Under the pieces are notes generated by a model. That model worked only from the letters and a program-made list of their open reading frames with translations, did no database searches and was not told the DNA's origin. The translations under genes and the position numbers were made by a program. Below are positions 63,523 to 64,000 of a stretch of 64,000 bases of DNA, one piece after another. Within the stretch, counting starts at the first letter, position 1. Every line of letters begins with the position of its first letter. The stretch is from Eledone cirrhosa (taxonomy: Eukaryota): contig OZ024740.1 of NCBI GenBank assembly GCA_964016885.1, forward strand, positions 230,950,001 through 231,014,000, in the 5' to 3' direction.

Positions 63523-64000
63523 AATATAATATATACAAAGGAAAGAGAAAAGAAGAAAGAGAAAAAATACAAAAGCACGTAATACACACACCTTAGACCA
63601 CATAGAACAAAATGCAGACGAAAGAGTGGCAAAACGAGCCGCTACCAGAGCAAAAGATAGCAATATAGCAAGGAGCACTGGGAAACCTCTCTAATAATTT
63701 TTGAGGCAGGCCAGCACGCTCGCAACATTACCTTGGGTGATGGTGACGCTGAGGTGCTGGAACAACCAAGTGCCCTCACAAGCATCACCAGTTACCTCCG
63801 TTGGGTGAGCCACTAGTGAAGATAAGAATCTCGCTGTCAGTAGCCCGACTCCCCCAAACGTCTCGAACACCATAGGCTGGATAATGTAGTTAGCTAACAG
63901 AACACAGTATTTTAGGATTTTGTTCCGTTCAGCTGCGGATGCTGTAGCTCTCGTCCTTACTGCTGTATCTGGAATGTGGGAAGAAGCAAAAGAGTCACTA
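63523..64000 (-). mobile_element. CRE-clade 3' fragment, runs off the window
   Basis: Almost identical to 7073-7555; the 60-aa tail ORF differs at one residue. Confidence 0.85.

Overview
AT-rich, repeat-dense eukaryotic DNA. The SINE, RTE, CR1 and (TA)n content suggests an invertebrate, most likely a cephalopod such as octopus (inference). One host gene is present: a complete 9-exon FBXO31-like F-box gene on the minus strand (ATG 55525 to TAG 19053). All its introns are GT-AG with matching phases, giving a 1173-nt CDS (390 aa). The rest is mostly transposable-element debris. DNA transposons: Chapaev3-like, maT (DD37D), rosa (DD41D), hAT and Helitron elements. Retroelements: a Naiad-type Penelope-like element (RT plus GIY-YIG) in (TA)n, RTE, CR1 and L1/Tx1 LINE fragments, many CRE-clade RLE retrotransposon pieces (one with a PHD finger), tRNA-derived SINEs and a probable solo LTR. 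There are also several minisatellites. The most notable observations are: four hammerhead ribozyme motifs, one in a 431-bp retrozyme-like unit and one with a ~90-nt stem II; a twin-priming-type 5' inversion in an RTE LINE with a clean TSD; a minisatellite derived from hAT transposase coding sequence; a divergent substrate pocket in the FBXO31-like protein; and several long fold-back palindromes. I found no evidence of a wholly new multi-gene system. Family assignments come from remembered motifs, not database searches.
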